A stretch of DNA of 64,000 bases from an uncultured Gemmatimonadaceae bacterium (GTDB taxonomy: Bacteria; Gemmatimonadota; Gemmatimonadetes; Gemmatimonadales; Gemmatimonadaceae), in NCBI GenBank assembly GCA_963781585.1, contig CAWAGQ010000017.1, positions 1 to 64,000 of the forward strand, written 5' to 3'. Positions within the stretch are counted from its first letter, which is position 1. Each line of letters starts with the position of its first letter. Positions 35,122-45,460 of this stretch are shown piece after piece. Position numbers and translations under genes: made by a program. The notes beneath the pieces were generated by a model. That model was not told the origin of the DNA. It saw only the letters and a list, made by a program, of their open reading frames with translations, and made no database searches.

Positions 35122-36222
35122 GTGAACGTCCGCGACCAACTCTCCTGGCGTCTCGCCCTCCTCGCCTGCGCATTGACGCTGGCCGCGGGCGCCAGCGCGG
35201 TTGCGCAACCCGCACGCTCGGGGAATCCGATCCTCCCCGGCTGGTACGCCGACCCGGAAGCCCACGTCTTCGACGGTCAGTACTGGATCTATTCCACCTA
35301 CTCGGCGCCGTACGAGCAGCAGACCTTCATGGATGCGTTCTCGTCCCGGGACCTCATCATGTGGGCGAAGCACGCACACGTGCTCGACGTGAAGAACGTC
35401 TCGTGGGCCCGCCGCGCGGTCTGGGCGCCGTCGATCGTGGAGAAGGACGGCTGGTACTACCTGTTCTTCGGCGCGAACGACATCCAGAACGATCAGCAGG
35501 TGGGCGGGATCGGCGTCGCGCGCGCGCGCGGACCCGAGGGACCATTCGTCGATTACCTCGGCAAACCGCTGATCGACAAGTTCCACAACGGCGCGCAGCC
35601 GATCGATCAGATGGTGTTCAGGGACCGTGACGGCACGTACTACATCGTCTATGGCGGGTGGCGGCACTGCAACATCGCGAAACTCAACAGCGACTTCACG
35701 GGATTCGTTCCGTTCCCCGACGGCAGCACGTTCCGGGAGATCACTCCGAGCGGATACGTGGAAGGCGCGTTCATGCTGCTCAGGGACGGCAAGTACTATT
35801 TCATGTGGTCGGAGGGAGGCTGGACGGGGCCGAACTACGCGGTCGCGTACGCAATCGGGTCGTCACCGTTGGGTCCATTCGAACGGATCGGCAAGATACT
35901 CCAGCAGGATTCCAGCGTGGCCACGGGGGCGGGGCATCATTCGGTGCTGCACTCGCCGGCCACGGACAAGTGGTACATCGTCTACCACCGCCGGCCGCTG
36001 GGCGAAACGGATCGCAATCACCGGGTGGTGAGCATCGACGAGCTGCACTTCGACGACCGCGGGTTCATCCTTCCCGTGAAGATCACCAACGCGGGCGTGG
36101 AGGCGGATCCACTCTCCACGGGGGTGCGGCCCAGGCTATCGCCTGGGCGCACGACCGCGATCCGCGATTCCGCTTCCAGTCCGGTCATGGGAAGGGCAGG
36201 TCCGAGCCCATTGTGGCGGTGA
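35122..36222 (+). CDS. secreted glycoside hydrolase family 43
   Basis: Signal peptide; NPILPGWYADP, WAP, PIDQ, YVEG and GHHS motifs. Confidence 0.9.
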   Translation: MNVRDQLSWRLALLACALTLAAGASAVAQPARSGNPILPGWYADPEAHVFDGQYWIYSTYSAPYEQQTFMDAFSSRDLIMWAKHAHVLDVKNVSWARRAVWAPSIVEKDGWYYLFFGANDIQNDQQVGGIGVARARGPEGPFVDYLGKPLIDKFHNGAQPIDQMVFRDRDGTYYIVYGGWRHCNIAKLNSDFTGFVPFPDGSTFREITPSGYVEGAFMLLRDGKYYFMWSEGGWTGPNYAVAYAIGSSPLGPFERIGKILQQDSSVATGAGHHSVLHSPATDKWYIVYHRRPLGETDRNHRVVSIDELHFDDRGFILPVKITNAGVEADPLSTGVRPRLSPGRTTAIRDSASSPVMGRAGPSPLWR

Positions 36223-36280
36223 CGCATTGCATCGCGCCGGCGGCGCGCATTTCTTTGGGACCCCAACCCATCGGCAGACC

Positions 36281-37813
36281 ATGGACTCGACGATTCTCGA
36301 CGCAGCGCGGGCCGCGTTTCCCACCTCGGATGCGACCATCACGTTAGGTGCGGTCGTCCACGAGGGTGAATGCCACGCCGAGCCGGTGGTCCGGATCCCG
36401 CTGGCGATGATGAATCGCCATGGCGTGATTGCCGGCGCCACCGGGACCGGCAAGACCAAGTCGCTGCAGCTCATCGCGGAGCAGCTGTCCGCTGCGGGCG
36501 TGCCGGTCTTTCTCGCGGACCTCAAGGGCGATCTGTCCGGAATCGGCGTGCCCGGCGACGCCAACGACAAGATCGCCGCCCGAGCCCGCGACACCGGCTA
36601 CGACTGGCGTCCGAATGCCTTTCCCGTGGAATTCCTCAGTCTCACCGGAGCCAAAGGCGCGCAACTGCGGGCCACCGTGTCATCGTTCGGGCCCCTGCTT
36701 CTGGCCAGAGTGCTCGACCTGAACGAGACCCAGGCCAGTGTGCTGAGCCTCGTCTTCAAGTACTGCGACGATCAGGGGCTCCTGCTGCTCGACCTGAGCG
36801 ATCTGCGTTCCGTGCTGCAGTATCTCTCGGGCGATGGCGCCGCCGAGCTCAAGGACTATGGCGGGATGTCCAAGGCGACCGTTGGCGTGCTGCTCCGCGA
36901 GATGGTCGAGCTGGAGCAACAGGGCGCCGGCGCATTCTTCGGCGAGCCCGCGTTCGACCTCAACGATCTCATTCAATGCGAGCGTGACGGACGCGGGGTC
37001 GTGAGCGTGCTCGAGCTCGTCGACGTCCAGGATCGCCCCGCGCTGTTCAGCACTTTCATGTTGTGGATGCTGGCGTCGTTGTACAACGAACTCCCGGAGG
37101 TGGGCGACCTTCCCAGGCCCAAGCTGGTCTTCTTCTTCGACGAGGCGCATCTGCTGTTCGAGCACGCCGGGAAGGCGCTGCTCGACGAGATCGAGCACGT
37201 CGTCCGGCTCATCCGGTCGAAGGGTGTCGGCGTCTTCTTCGTCACGCAGAGCCCCAGGGACGTCCCCGAGACGGTGCTCGGTCAGCTCGGGAATCGCGTG
37301 CAGCACGCACTCCGCGCCTTCACGCCCGACGACGAGAAGAACCTGAACGCGGCGGCGCGTACCTTTCCGCGCACCGGGTTCTACGACGTTCCGACGACGT
37401 TGACGTCGTTAGGCATCGGCGAAGCGCTGGTGGTCACCCTCACGGAACGCGGTACCCCGACGCCCCCGTTCGCCACCCGGATGATCCCGCCCCAGTCGCG
37501 GATGGGCCCGCTCACCGACGCCGAGCTCGCGCAGCGCCTGCAGACGCCGCAGGTGCGCAAGTACGCTCAGGCGGTGGATCGCGAGAGTGCCCGCGAGATG
37601 CTGGTGGCCCGGCATGCCGCGGTCGCCGACCCCCCGCCGCCCGGGTCGGCGCCGAGGACGGCGCGGGGCCAGGTCCCGGTGGGTGCGCTCGACCAGATCC
37701 TGGGTTCCTCCATTACCCGGAGCGTCGTGCGCACCGCAGCCGTGGCGGTCACGGGTACGCTCGTTCGCGGCGTGCTGGGCGCGTTGCTGGGTGGGAGCCG
37801 GCGCCGGCGATAG
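36281..37813 (+). CDS. DUF853/YjgR HerA-like ATPase
   Basis: NRHGVIAGATGTGKT, DLKGDLSG, FFFDEAHLLF, IRSKGVGVFFVTQ, QHALRAFTP. Confidence 0.9.
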   Translation: MDSTILDAARAAFPTSDATITLGAVVHEGECHAEPVVRIPLAMMNRHGVIAGATGTGKTKSLQLIAEQLSAAGVPVFLADLKGDLSGIGVPGDANDKIAARARDTGYDWRPNAFPVEFLSLTGAKGAQLRATVSSFGPLLLARVLDLNETQASVLSLVFKYCDDQGLLLLDLSDLRSVLQYLSGDGAAELKDYGGMSKATVGVLLREMVELEQQGAGAFFGEPAFDLNDLIQCERDGRGVVSVLELVDVQDRPALFSTFMLWMLASLYNELPEVGDLPRPKLVFFFDEAHLLFEHAGKALLDEIEHVVRLIRSKGVGVFFVTQSPRDVPETVLGQLGNRVQHALRAFTPDDEKNLNAAARTFPRTGFYDVPTTLTSLGIGEALVVTLTERGTPTPPFATRMIPPQSRMGPLTDAELAQRLQTPQVRKYAQAVDRESAREMLVARHAAVADPPPPGSAPRTARGQVPVGALDQILGSSITRSVVRTAAVAVTGTLVRGVLGALLGGSRRRR

Positions 37814-37830
37814 GAGATCGGACCACTCGC

Positions 37831-37917
37831 ATGCCGCACCGCGAATCACACCGCACCGAACACGTGGCCTCGCTGAGGGCGGCGGTGGTCGGGCGGCTTT
37901 TCGGAGCAGCCGCCTGG
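37831..37917 (+). pseudogene. VIT1/CCC1 transporter remnant (N-terminus fused to C-terminus)
   Basis: MPHRESHRTEHVASLRAAV resembles the VIT1 start (..H+R.GWLRAAVLGANDG); it is joined directly to VGRLFGAAA, which resembles the VIT1 end. Confidence 0.5.
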
Positions 37918-38026
37918 TGCGGCGCGCGATCGGTGTCGCCAGACCGCCTGGCGTGGCGCGCAGCGGTGTCGCCGGACCACAGGGCGCAGGAGGGGCTCAA
38001 ATTGCAACGCCGGCGCGGTGCCGTTG

Positions 38027-38596
38027 TCAGAGGCGCACGACGGCGGCCTTCGCGATGGCCTTCTCGATGTCCTCCTCCTGCGCGATGGTGAGCTTGCCGC
38101 CGTTCACGCGGATCTGCATCGCGTGCCTTCCCTCGCGCACGTTGAGCCCGCTGTCGAAGCCGGGCGTCACCACGAAATACGCCTCGTCGCCGATCCCGCT
38201 CACCGGCGTCTTGGTGATGCCCTGCACCGGCGTCTTGCCGATGTCGAACGATTGCGTGGTGATGAGACTGATGACCGCCTTCTTGTCACCGATGCTGGCG
38301 TTAGGCACGTTGCTGAACGCGCAGATCGTGGTAATCGGGTGTCCATTCACAGGCGGGGGCGTCTTGCCCGGGAGCACCGTGATGCCCAGCGCTGCGCTGA
38401 CCTCCGCGGGGGTCACAAGGGCGCAGGCATCGCCGGTTGCCAGCTGGCGGGCTGCCAGCGAGCTGGTGCCACGTCGAACTCCGGCAGTGACACCGGTGTC
38501 GCGGCGAGGTGTCGTTCGGTTGGCGCCGGGGAGCGCGGGCGACCACCCCAGGAGGAGGGATGTGGCGGCCACGGCCGCCATCTGCGTCGAATGCAT
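38027..38596 (-). CDS. hypothetical exported protein (DUF3558-like)
   Basis: Signal-like N-terminus; DACALVTPAEVSAALG...C.F...VSGIGDEAY. Confidence 0.7.
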   Translation of the reverse strand: MHSTQMAAVAATSLLLGWSPALPGANRTTPRRDTGVTAGVRRGTSSLAARQLATGDACALVTPAEVSAALGITVLPGKTPPPVNGHPITTICAFSNVPNASIGDKKAVISLITTQSFDIGKTPVQGITKTPVSGIGDEAYFVVTPGFDSGLNVREGRHAMQIRVNGGKLTIAQEEDIEKAIAKAAVVRL

Positions 38597-38871
38597 GGTG
38601 AGCCCGGAAGAAAGTCCGCGAACTGCGATCCACCACCGCTCGACGATGCACGCGGCCGGGTGCAGCGTCAAGGCGTCGACTGAAGGAGCCGATGTGGATC
38701 GGGATGTCATGAACGACTGCCAGGAGCGCCATGACCATGCGTCAGGTCGCGATCGCACCCCGGCGGCCGGCGCCGAGCCGCTGGAACACACTGCGCGCGC
38801 TCCGTGTGCTGAGTTGGTGGGGGAGGAGGCCATAGGTCGAGGGCCAGGGATCGAAGGCCAGCTGTCTGAAC

Positions 38872-40779
38872 TTAGTGCGGCCGGCGCATCTGCGGATTGA
38901 GGCGCTCGTAACACGTCCGCTCGCGCGACTGGTCCTCGTTCACGCATCGCACGTAGTCCCCGTAGCTGCTGTGTTGCACCGGAAAGTCGAGCTGATCAAA
39001 AGTCGCGAGCCCGACGAAGCCGTCGGCGAGGTTGCCCGGCTGACGCAACTGCAGCGACGGTGAAGGGTGCGGTGTGCACAGCAGGATCCTGCGCCAGCAC
39101 GCCTGCTGGGCGACAGGAACCTGAAGCACCAGTCCGCTGCGGGTCTCGAAGGATTGTGTCTCCGGGTCCGGCAGCGGGTGGAGGCCATGGTCGGGTCCCG
39201 GGTCCACGAGCAGTGTGCGTTGCAGTCCCTGGAAAATCGCGCCAAGGCTGTTGGTGCGCCTCGGCGGGTCGCTCCAGACCGCATGCAGGAGTACCGGAAC
39301 GACGGCGCTGAGGCCTACCAGGAACATCAGCAGCGTGCGCGACATCGCGGGCCTCCACATCCACACCATCCGCACGAGTACAGCGCCGAGGACTGCGGCC
39401 AGCGACCACTCGAGCGCGAATCCGAAGCGGTAGGATGGGGCCGTGAAGAACCAGAAGAGGAGCCCGATGGCGAGCGGCGCAGCGAGCCACATCCACAGAG
39501 CGCCCCGGGCACCGCGCCGTACGCCAACAAGGATGATGAGGACCGCGAGCAACAGGGACAGGACAAGCGGTTCCAGCGTGAGACCCCACAGGTAGTAGCG
39601 CTGAACCAGCTTGTCCCAGAGATACGGCAGCCACGACCAGTCCACTCCGTACGCCGTGTCGTCGGCATATCGCGACCCCTGTGTGATCCAGCCGGCCTCG
39701 GCGACGGCCAGCAGGCGCGGCGCGCGCCAAGGCAGCGGCAGACCGGTCGCCGCGACCGGGTAGACGAGATAGCCGCTCAACACCACGCCATGGAGCATCC
39801 ATACCGCAAGGAAGGCCGTCGGGAAAATCAGCGCGCCTGTCCACGAGCGCCATTCGGAGCGGGCTTTCACCCAGGCAAAGGCCAGCAGCAGCACTCCGGC
39901 GCCGGCGACGAAACCGGCCGCGCTCGGTTTGCTCAGCAGCGTCAGAGCCAGGAGCAACGCCGTCAGCCGGAACTGCGTCGATCTCGACCCGCTCCATTGC
40001 TGGCCGTCGTCGCGCAGAAAGTTGAGCAGTGCGAAGATGGCCGCCATGAGGAAGATGGCGGTGGCGACGTCGGGTGTGGGACTGGCGTTGTTCCTGTCGA
40101 TCAGAAGCTCCACGAAAGCCGGAAGCAGGAAGACGGCGTAGAGCGACGATGCGCGTGGCAGCGTGCGTTCCCGGAGCACTCGACCGAGCGAACTGAACGC
40201 GGTGAGTGCCATGGCGACGATCAGGACACTGTTGCAGAAATGACTTGCCCGTCCCTCCAACCATCCCGAATCGAACAGCGCGCCCCACAGCGACGCCACC
40301 GAATTGAATGCCATGCGCCCATGCAGGTTGGCGAGGCCCGGAACGGCTGGATACTGCACGTACCAGGCAATGACGGGAATGTGGTACACGGCGGAGTCGT
40401 ACTGCGTGACCGGAGCCGTCGACCGGTGGGCCGCCCAGAGACAGAAGAGGACGAACAGCGCGCCAACAACTGGTCCGAGCGAGCGCGCTTTCCGCCCGAC
40501 AAGTTGCCCCACGTCGGCGCGATGCCTGACGAGACCCACCAGGCCAATGCCGATCACCACTGCCTGTATCGCGGGACCAATGCGGATCACGAGGTGCGCG
40601 CCAAGCAACAGGAACAGGAGCACGGCCAGCCCGGTCCAGAACAGGCGGGTGAGGTCGCTGGGTCGCATGGTTCGGCTGATCACCAGCGGCCAGGCGAACG
40701 CGCCCCATCCGATGACCGCGCTGGCCGACACCAGCCAGACCACAACGACGAAGCAGATCCCGGTGAGGTACTGGATCAT
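38872..40779 (-). CDS. polytopic membrane protein (LIC_10190-like, possible GT-C-type transferase)
   Basis: Many TM segments; YDSAVYH, PGLANLHGRMAFNS, SPTPD, SGYLVYP and FFTAPSYRFG motifs. Confidence 0.7.
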   Translation of the reverse strand: MIQYLTGICFVVVVWLVSASAVIGWGAFAWPLVISRTMRPSDLTRLFWTGLAVLLFLLLGAHLVIRIGPAIQAVVIGIGLVGLVRHRADVGQLVGRKARSLGPVVGALFVLFCLWAAHRSTAPVTQYDSAVYHIPVIAWYVQYPAVPGLANLHGRMAFNSVASLWGALFDSGWLEGRASHFCNSVLIVAMALTAFSSLGRVLRERTLPRASSLYAVFLLPAFVELLIDRNNASPTPDVATAIFLMAAIFALLNFLRDDGQQWSGSRSTQFRLTALLLALTLLSKPSAAGFVAGAGVLLLAFAWVKARSEWRSWTGALIFPTAFLAVWMLHGVVLSGYLVYPVAATGLPLPWRAPRLLAVAEAGWITQGSRYADDTAYGVDWSWLPYLWDKLVQRYYLWGLTLEPLVLSLLLAVLIILVGVRRGARGALWMWLAAPLAIGLLFWFFTAPSYRFGFALEWSLAAVLGAVLVRMVWMWRPAMSRTLLMFLVGLSAVVPVLLHAVWSDPPRRTNSLGAIFQGLQRTLLVDPGPDHGLHPLPDPETQSFETRSGLVLQVPVAQQACWRRILLCTPHPSPSLQLRQPGNLADGFVGLATFDQLDFPVQHSSYGDYVRCVNEDQSRERTCYERLNPQMRRPH

Positions 40780-42662
40780 GGTGGGGCAGGCCACGGCCAC
40801 GCGCGCGCATCCCGGCGGCCAACGGATCGCCACTGCAGTCCCTCCGCGCGCACGGTGGACTCCAGCTCGTTCGCCCACGACGCGGTGTCGGCCCGGGGCA
40901 CCACGAGGTTCTGTTCCTCGAACACGTCGCTGCGGTACCGGAACACCGAGAGCCGCCCGTCACCGTCCCGAATGATGTGGAGCGAGTCGTTCACGACACT
41001 CTTCATCGGGCCGTGGCTCTGCAGCAATACCGTCGTCACCCCGATCTCCTGGTCGAGTTCAGCCAGTACCGGGTTGCCAGCCGGTTCCGGCTGATTGCGC
41101 CAGAGGGGCACCAGCGACGTGCCCGGGAAGGAGTCGGCGCCGGCAACGTCGGCCAGGGTGAGCAGGGTGCGCGGCAGGTTCCGGAGTGACACCTGTTGGC
41201 TGACTCGAGCCGGCGGTTCGCCAGGGGCGAAGAATATCAGGGGGACGTGCAGCACCTGCTCATACAGACTGTTTCCGTGGAACTTGCGTCCATGTTCGCC
41301 GAACTGTTCGCCGTGATCCGATGTGATGACAACAATTGTGTGCGCCAGGGCGCCGGAACGCTCCAGCACCTGGAGCAGGCGTTCGAGTTCGAGGTCGAGG
41401 CGCCGAATCGCGTTCTCGTACTCGGACCGGGTATTCGGACGAGCGTCGCTCAGTGCGCCCCTGCTTCCGGGGCCGAGATACGGGGTGTGGGCATCGAACA
41501 GATTGAGGAACGCGAACCAGGGTCGCCCGGACTCGAGGCGGCCCTGCCAGCGCAGGAACTCGTCGATCGTGGTGCGCGAGGTGATCCGCTGGTGCGTGAT
41601 CTCGTTGGCGACCGGCCGAAAGTCGTTTGCCGAGAGGTGGCGCGCGATCTGGCGAGGAGACCGTCGGCGGGCCACGTCCTGCGCGATCTGGAGGACGAGG
41701 TCGGCCTGGGTAATGGTCGTGTGCCGCACGATCTCGGCGAGCGACCGGCGCATGGCGCGATAGGTGATGAATCCCTGTTCGAGGCCGCTGCCGTCGCCGG
41801 TAACGATCACGTTGCCGGTGAAGCCGCCCGTGGCCCATCCGTGGGCCCGAAAGACTTCAGCGAGGGTCACCGCGCCGGGCGAGAGCGGTGTGAGGTAGTT
41901 CACGCCGGTTTCGGTGGCGTGCCGTCCGGTGAAGACCGACGCGTGCGACGGCATCGTCCACGGCGCCGTGGCGTAGGCCTGCTCGAAGACCACCGCACCG
42001 GTGGCGCGCCGGGCGATCGCCGGCATCGTGAGCGGAGCGCCGCCCCCAAGGCCGGTGCTCGACTCGCGGACCGTGTCGAGAATGATGAGCAACACATTGG
42101 ACGCGCCTGGCGGAGCGGGGGGGAGCGCCTGGAGCGCCGCCGCCTCGCGTCGGAGTGGCACGACGATCTGCCAGACACCCGCAGCGACCGCAACGGCGCC
42201 GAGCCCGACGGCGGTGCCCGTTGCCAAACGCCGCAGCAGGTCTTCACGGCGCGCCAGTCGCGGGGCGATGAACGTCCCAAGCCCGGCAGCCAGGACCATC
42301 GACGCATAGCCGTGCATCTGCGTGAAGAGGAGCAGAATCGACAATGTGCCGAACGCGATCCAGACCCCGGTTGCCGTGTGCCAGGGGATGCCGTCGCGAC
42401 GGACTGCGGCGATCAGTGCCATCAGTGCCGCGAGCGGAAGGAACACCAGCACATACCCGGCGGGAAGCATCCACAACTCGTCAGGCGACGCCCATGGATA
42501 GCGGAAGACGCTATACCCGATCGGACGCAGGTGGATGAGCGCGAGATGGATCGCTGCTGTCAGGAGCGCGGACGCGAATCCGAGTTGCAACTGAGCTGCC
42601 GCGCGACCGAGGACCGATGACCTTCGCCTGCCGAGGACGTCGGGCTCCGAAGCCAGCCTCAT
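40776..42662 (-). CDS. membrane-anchored sulfatase-like (alkaline phosphatase superfamily) protein
   Basis: N-terminal TMs; NVLLIILDTVR, APWTMPSHASVFTG, DAHTPY, ITSDHGE, HGNSLY. Confidence 0.85.
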   Translation of the reverse strand: MRLASEPDVLGRRRSSVLGRAAAQLQLGFASALLTAAIHLALIHLRPIGYSVFRYPWASPDELWMLPAGYVLVFLPLAALMALIAAVRRDGIPWHTATGVWIAFGTLSILLLFTQMHGYASMVLAAGLGTFIAPRLARREDLLRRLATGTAVGLGAVAVAAGVWQIVVPLRREAAALQALPPAPPGASNVLLIILDTVRESSTGLGGGAPLTMPAIARRATGAVVFEQAYATAPWTMPSHASVFTGRHATETGVNYLTPLSPGAVTLAEVFRAHGWATGGFTGNVIVTGDGSGLEQGFITYRAMRRSLAEIVRHTTITQADLVLQIAQDVARRRSPRQIARHLSANDFRPVANEITHQRITSRTTIDEFLRWQGRLESGRPWFAFLNLFDAHTPYLGPGSRGALSDARPNTRSEYENAIRRLDLELERLLQVLERSGALAHTIVVITSDHGEQFGEHGRKFHGNSLYEQVLHVPLIFFAPGEPPARVSQQVSLRNLPRTLLTLADVAGADSFPGTSLVPLWRNQPEPAGNPVLAELDQEIGVTTVLLQSHGPMKSVVNDSLHIIRDGDGRLSVFRYRSDVFEEQNLVVPRADTASWANELESTVRAEGLQWRSVGRRDARAWPWPAPP

Positions 42663-43015
42663 GTGCCGGGTTCCGTTGGGTGAGGGACTCGGCCCGAACC
42701 GGCGAACACCTGGCCGTCTGCGCGTTACGCATCGCGGATGCACCGTTGCCTGACGAACAGACGAGCACCGGCGTGCTCCATCGTTATGCATTGCGAAAAT
42801 GCGTCGGGGTCGTCGGTGGATGATAGGATGCAGGTCACATTGGTTGTGCTCGCCAGGCGGTGCATGCGGCCACCGCCTCTGGCTGAGTCCGTCACCCGCC
42901 TGTAGCATAACGCGGCAGTTGACCGCGCCACCGCGAGCGATGGAATTGTGGCCAATCGCTTCCATCAGTCCACCCTCCGACGAATCGTCGGCACCTGCTT
43001 CTGGAGATATGGCAC

Positions 43016-44362
43016 ATGCACAGCTCGTCGTCCTTGATCCCCGGGCGGTTCCAGACCGGGTTTGTCATTCCGGGGTTGGCCGCCCTGCTGGCGGCCTGCG
43101 CAGGCGACATCACGCAGCCGGCCTCCCGTGACGCGACCTTGCCCGCGGCCGCCAGCATCAGCCCGGCGGTCGCCAGCTCCTTTACCGGCTGCCGGACCGG
43201 CCCCCAGCCCGGTGGTGCGCTCTGGGAGATCTGCGTGCCACCAGTATGGAACGGCGACGTGGTGACGTGGGCGCACGGCTACCAGCAACCCGACGGTGGT
43301 CCGGAGCTGCCTAACGATGCGGTGAGCGGCGTGCCGGTGAAAGACATCGTGCAGGGGCTCCATTACGCGTACGCCGCCTCGAGCTACCGGCACAAGGGCC
43401 TGGTGGCCGATGTCGCGTCCCAGGATCTCGACGAACTCCCCGGCATCGTGCGCACCCAGACCGGCGCCGACCCGGGCCACTTCTACCTGGTGGGGGCGTC
43501 CGAAGGGAGCCTCTCCGCCATCCTGTCGCTCCAGCGCGCGGGGACCCCGTTCGATGGCGCGCTCGCCGTCTGCGGGCCGCTCGGCAGTTTCCGCGGACAG
43601 GTCAACTGGTTCGGCGATTTTCGGGCCGCCTTCGACTACTTCTTCCCCGGCGTGCTGCCGGGGGACGTGCTGGGAGTGAATGACGCCGCCCGCGCTCACT
43701 GGGATCCGGACTACATCAACGCCATCGCCGCGGCGATGGCTGCGTCGCCGGGGAAGACCGTCCAGTTGCTGCACGTAACAGGAGCGCCGGTGGACGCGGC
43801 CGATCCCACGTCCGCCGTGCAGACGGCAGTCGCCATCCTCTGGTACAACTTCTTCGCCGCCGCCGATGCCGTGTATTGGCTGCACGGCAACCCGTTCGAC
43901 AACAGCCACAAGTGGTACACGGGATCAGCGAACGATCTGTTGCTCAACCTGCGTATCAGGCGCTATCACGCCAGCGCCACCGCGCTCGCCGGGCTGTCGT
44001 CGTTCGAAACCAGTGGCGTCCTGCGCCGCGTAGCGGTGGCAGCGCATACCACCGGCGACCCGGTCGTCCCCTATTGGCAGCAGCCCCTCTACCAGGTCAA
44101 GACCGTGCTGGCCGGATCGGCTCTCCAGCTGGTGGCGTTTCCGGTTGGCCGCTACGGGCACTGCACCTTCACCGAGAGCGAGGTGCTTGGCAGCTTCGCG
44201 CTGCTGGTCCTCCGTGTCTCCTTCCGGGATCTGATTGCCTCCGCAAGCGTCTTTCACGGCGAGAGCGAGGCGCAGGAGTTCATGATGCGGGCAAGGCAGC
44301 AGGGCGCAGCCCCGCGCGTCATGCCGGAGCGCGACCTGGTGTCGGCGATGCTCCGGCGTTGA
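43016..44362 (+). CDS. lipoprotein alpha/beta hydrolase
   Basis: Lipobox LAA-C; WAHGY, nucleophile elbow GASEG, HTTGDPVVP, YGHC. Confidence 0.75.
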   Translation: MHSSSSLIPGRFQTGFVIPGLAALLAACAGDITQPASRDATLPAAASISPAVASSFTGCRTGPQPGGALWEICVPPVWNGDVVTWAHGYQQPDGGPELPNDAVSGVPVKDIVQGLHYAYAASSYRHKGLVADVASQDLDELPGIVRTQTGADPGHFYLVGASEGSLSAILSLQRAGTPFDGALAVCGPLGSFRGQVNWFGDFRAAFDYFFPGVLPGDVLGVNDAARAHWDPDYINAIAAAMAASPGKTVQLLHVTGAPVDAADPTSAVQTAVAILWYNFFAAADAVYWLHGNPFDNSHKWYTGSANDLLLNLRIRRYHASATALAGLSSFETSGVLRRVAVAAHTTGDPVVPYWQQPLYQVKTVLAGSALQLVAFPVGRYGHCTFTESEVLGSFALLVLRVSFRDLIASASVFHGESEAQEFMMRARQQGAAPRVMPERDLVSAMLRR

Positions 44363-44441
44363 GGCGATACCGCTCGAGGCCCCGTGGGCACCGGCTTCCA
44401 TCCGGCAGGCGGATGCGGGCGCTCCGTCCGATGAGGCGCGC

Positions 44442-44900
44442 GTGACCGGCGCGTGGCTCCTGGTCGCCGCCGTCGCCGTCGTGGCCCTCGCCTACGTCGT
44501 GTATCGCCTTGTCGACACGCGCGCACGACTCAGGTTCGAGGAATGGAAGTCGGCCCACAGCCAGGCGATCAGTCGCGGCGCGATCAGGGGGAGTCAGGCC
44601 GCGGTCGCCGGAAGGGTGTTCGAGCGCGTCGCGCCGTATCTGCCGGACTTCGGCTACAACCCCAGGGACGTACGCTTCATCGGCGACCCCGTGGATTTCG
44701 TGGTATTCGACGGACTGAGCGAAGGCAACGTGCGGAATGTCGTGTTCATCGAGGTGAAGACCGGTGCGGGCGATCTGAACGGAAACGAGCGCAAGGTGAA
44801 GCGCGCGATCGTCGAGCACCGGGTCGAGTGGTCGCTGTTCCGCATTCCGGATGGGCAACCAGGCGAAGCGGGTGGTGAACGCTCACACGGAAAGACATGA
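44442..44900 (+). CDS. membrane-anchored Holliday-junction-resolvase-like PD-(D/E)XK nuclease (Endonuc_Holl family)
   Basis: N-terminal TM; E.VAPYLPDF.YNP.D.RFIGDPVDFVVFDG...FIEVKTG. Confidence 0.82.
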   Translation: MTGAWLLVAAVAVVALAYVVYRLVDTRARLRFEEWKSAHSQAISRGAIRGSQAAVAGRVFERVAPYLPDFGYNPRDVRFIGDPVDFVVFDGLSEGNVRNVVFIEVKTGAGDLNGNERKVKRAIVEHRVEWSLFRIPDGQPGEAGGERSHGKT

Positions 44901-45436
44901 TCACGGTACGTTTCGCGGTTCAGACTTTCGTCCTCGCCGTCCTCGTTTCACGCGAGGCGACGGCGCAGGCGTCACCGCTGACGCTGCTGGGCTATCACAC
45001 CTCCGCGCCCGCCGACTGGGTCGCGCGTCCGCCAGCGTCCTCCTCGCGTCTCGCGCAATTCGTGGTCCCGGGACCCACCCTGGCCGACAGTTCCGAAGTC
45101 GTCGTTTTCTTTTTCGGAACCGCGCAGGGCGGAAACGTCGATGCGAATCTGGAGCGCTGGAGGAGTCAGTTCTCGACCCCGGATCGCTCCCCGGTGCCGG
45201 AGCAGGTGACGCGCGACTCGACCGGCACGTTCCCGATAACGATCGCCGAGTTCAGTGGATCGTATCGACGGGGCATCGGCGCGGGGTCGGCCGACTCGGT
45301 GCGCACGGGGCAGACGCTGGTGGCAACGATCGTGGAGACACCACGCGGAACGCTGTTCATTCAGCTCTTCGGGCCGACGGGACCCGTGGCGCGTGAACGC
45401 GAGGCGTTCCTGCGATTCGTGAAGGAGTTGAAGTAG
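44897..45436 (+). CDS. hypothetical exported protein
   Basis: Signal peptide; FFFG..QGG.VDANLERW..QF motif; ATGA overlap with the upstream gene. Confidence 0.7.
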   Translation: MITVRFAVQTFVLAVLVSREATAQASPLTLLGYHTSAPADWVARPPASSSRLAQFVVPGPTLADSSEVVVFFFGTAQGGNVDANLERWRSQFSTPDRSPVPEQVTRDSTGTFPITIAEFSGSYRRGIGAGSADSVRTGQTLVATIVETPRGTLFIQLFGPTGPVAREREAFLRFVKELK

Positions 45437-45460
45437 CGGCTTGAGAGCCCATCGGAACTC

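Noticed and set aside
32862..37813. S8 protease plus ATPase as an IetAS-like or HerA defence system
   Set aside because: The ATPase is the DUF853/YjgR family, not the AAA partner, and a GH43 gene separates the two.
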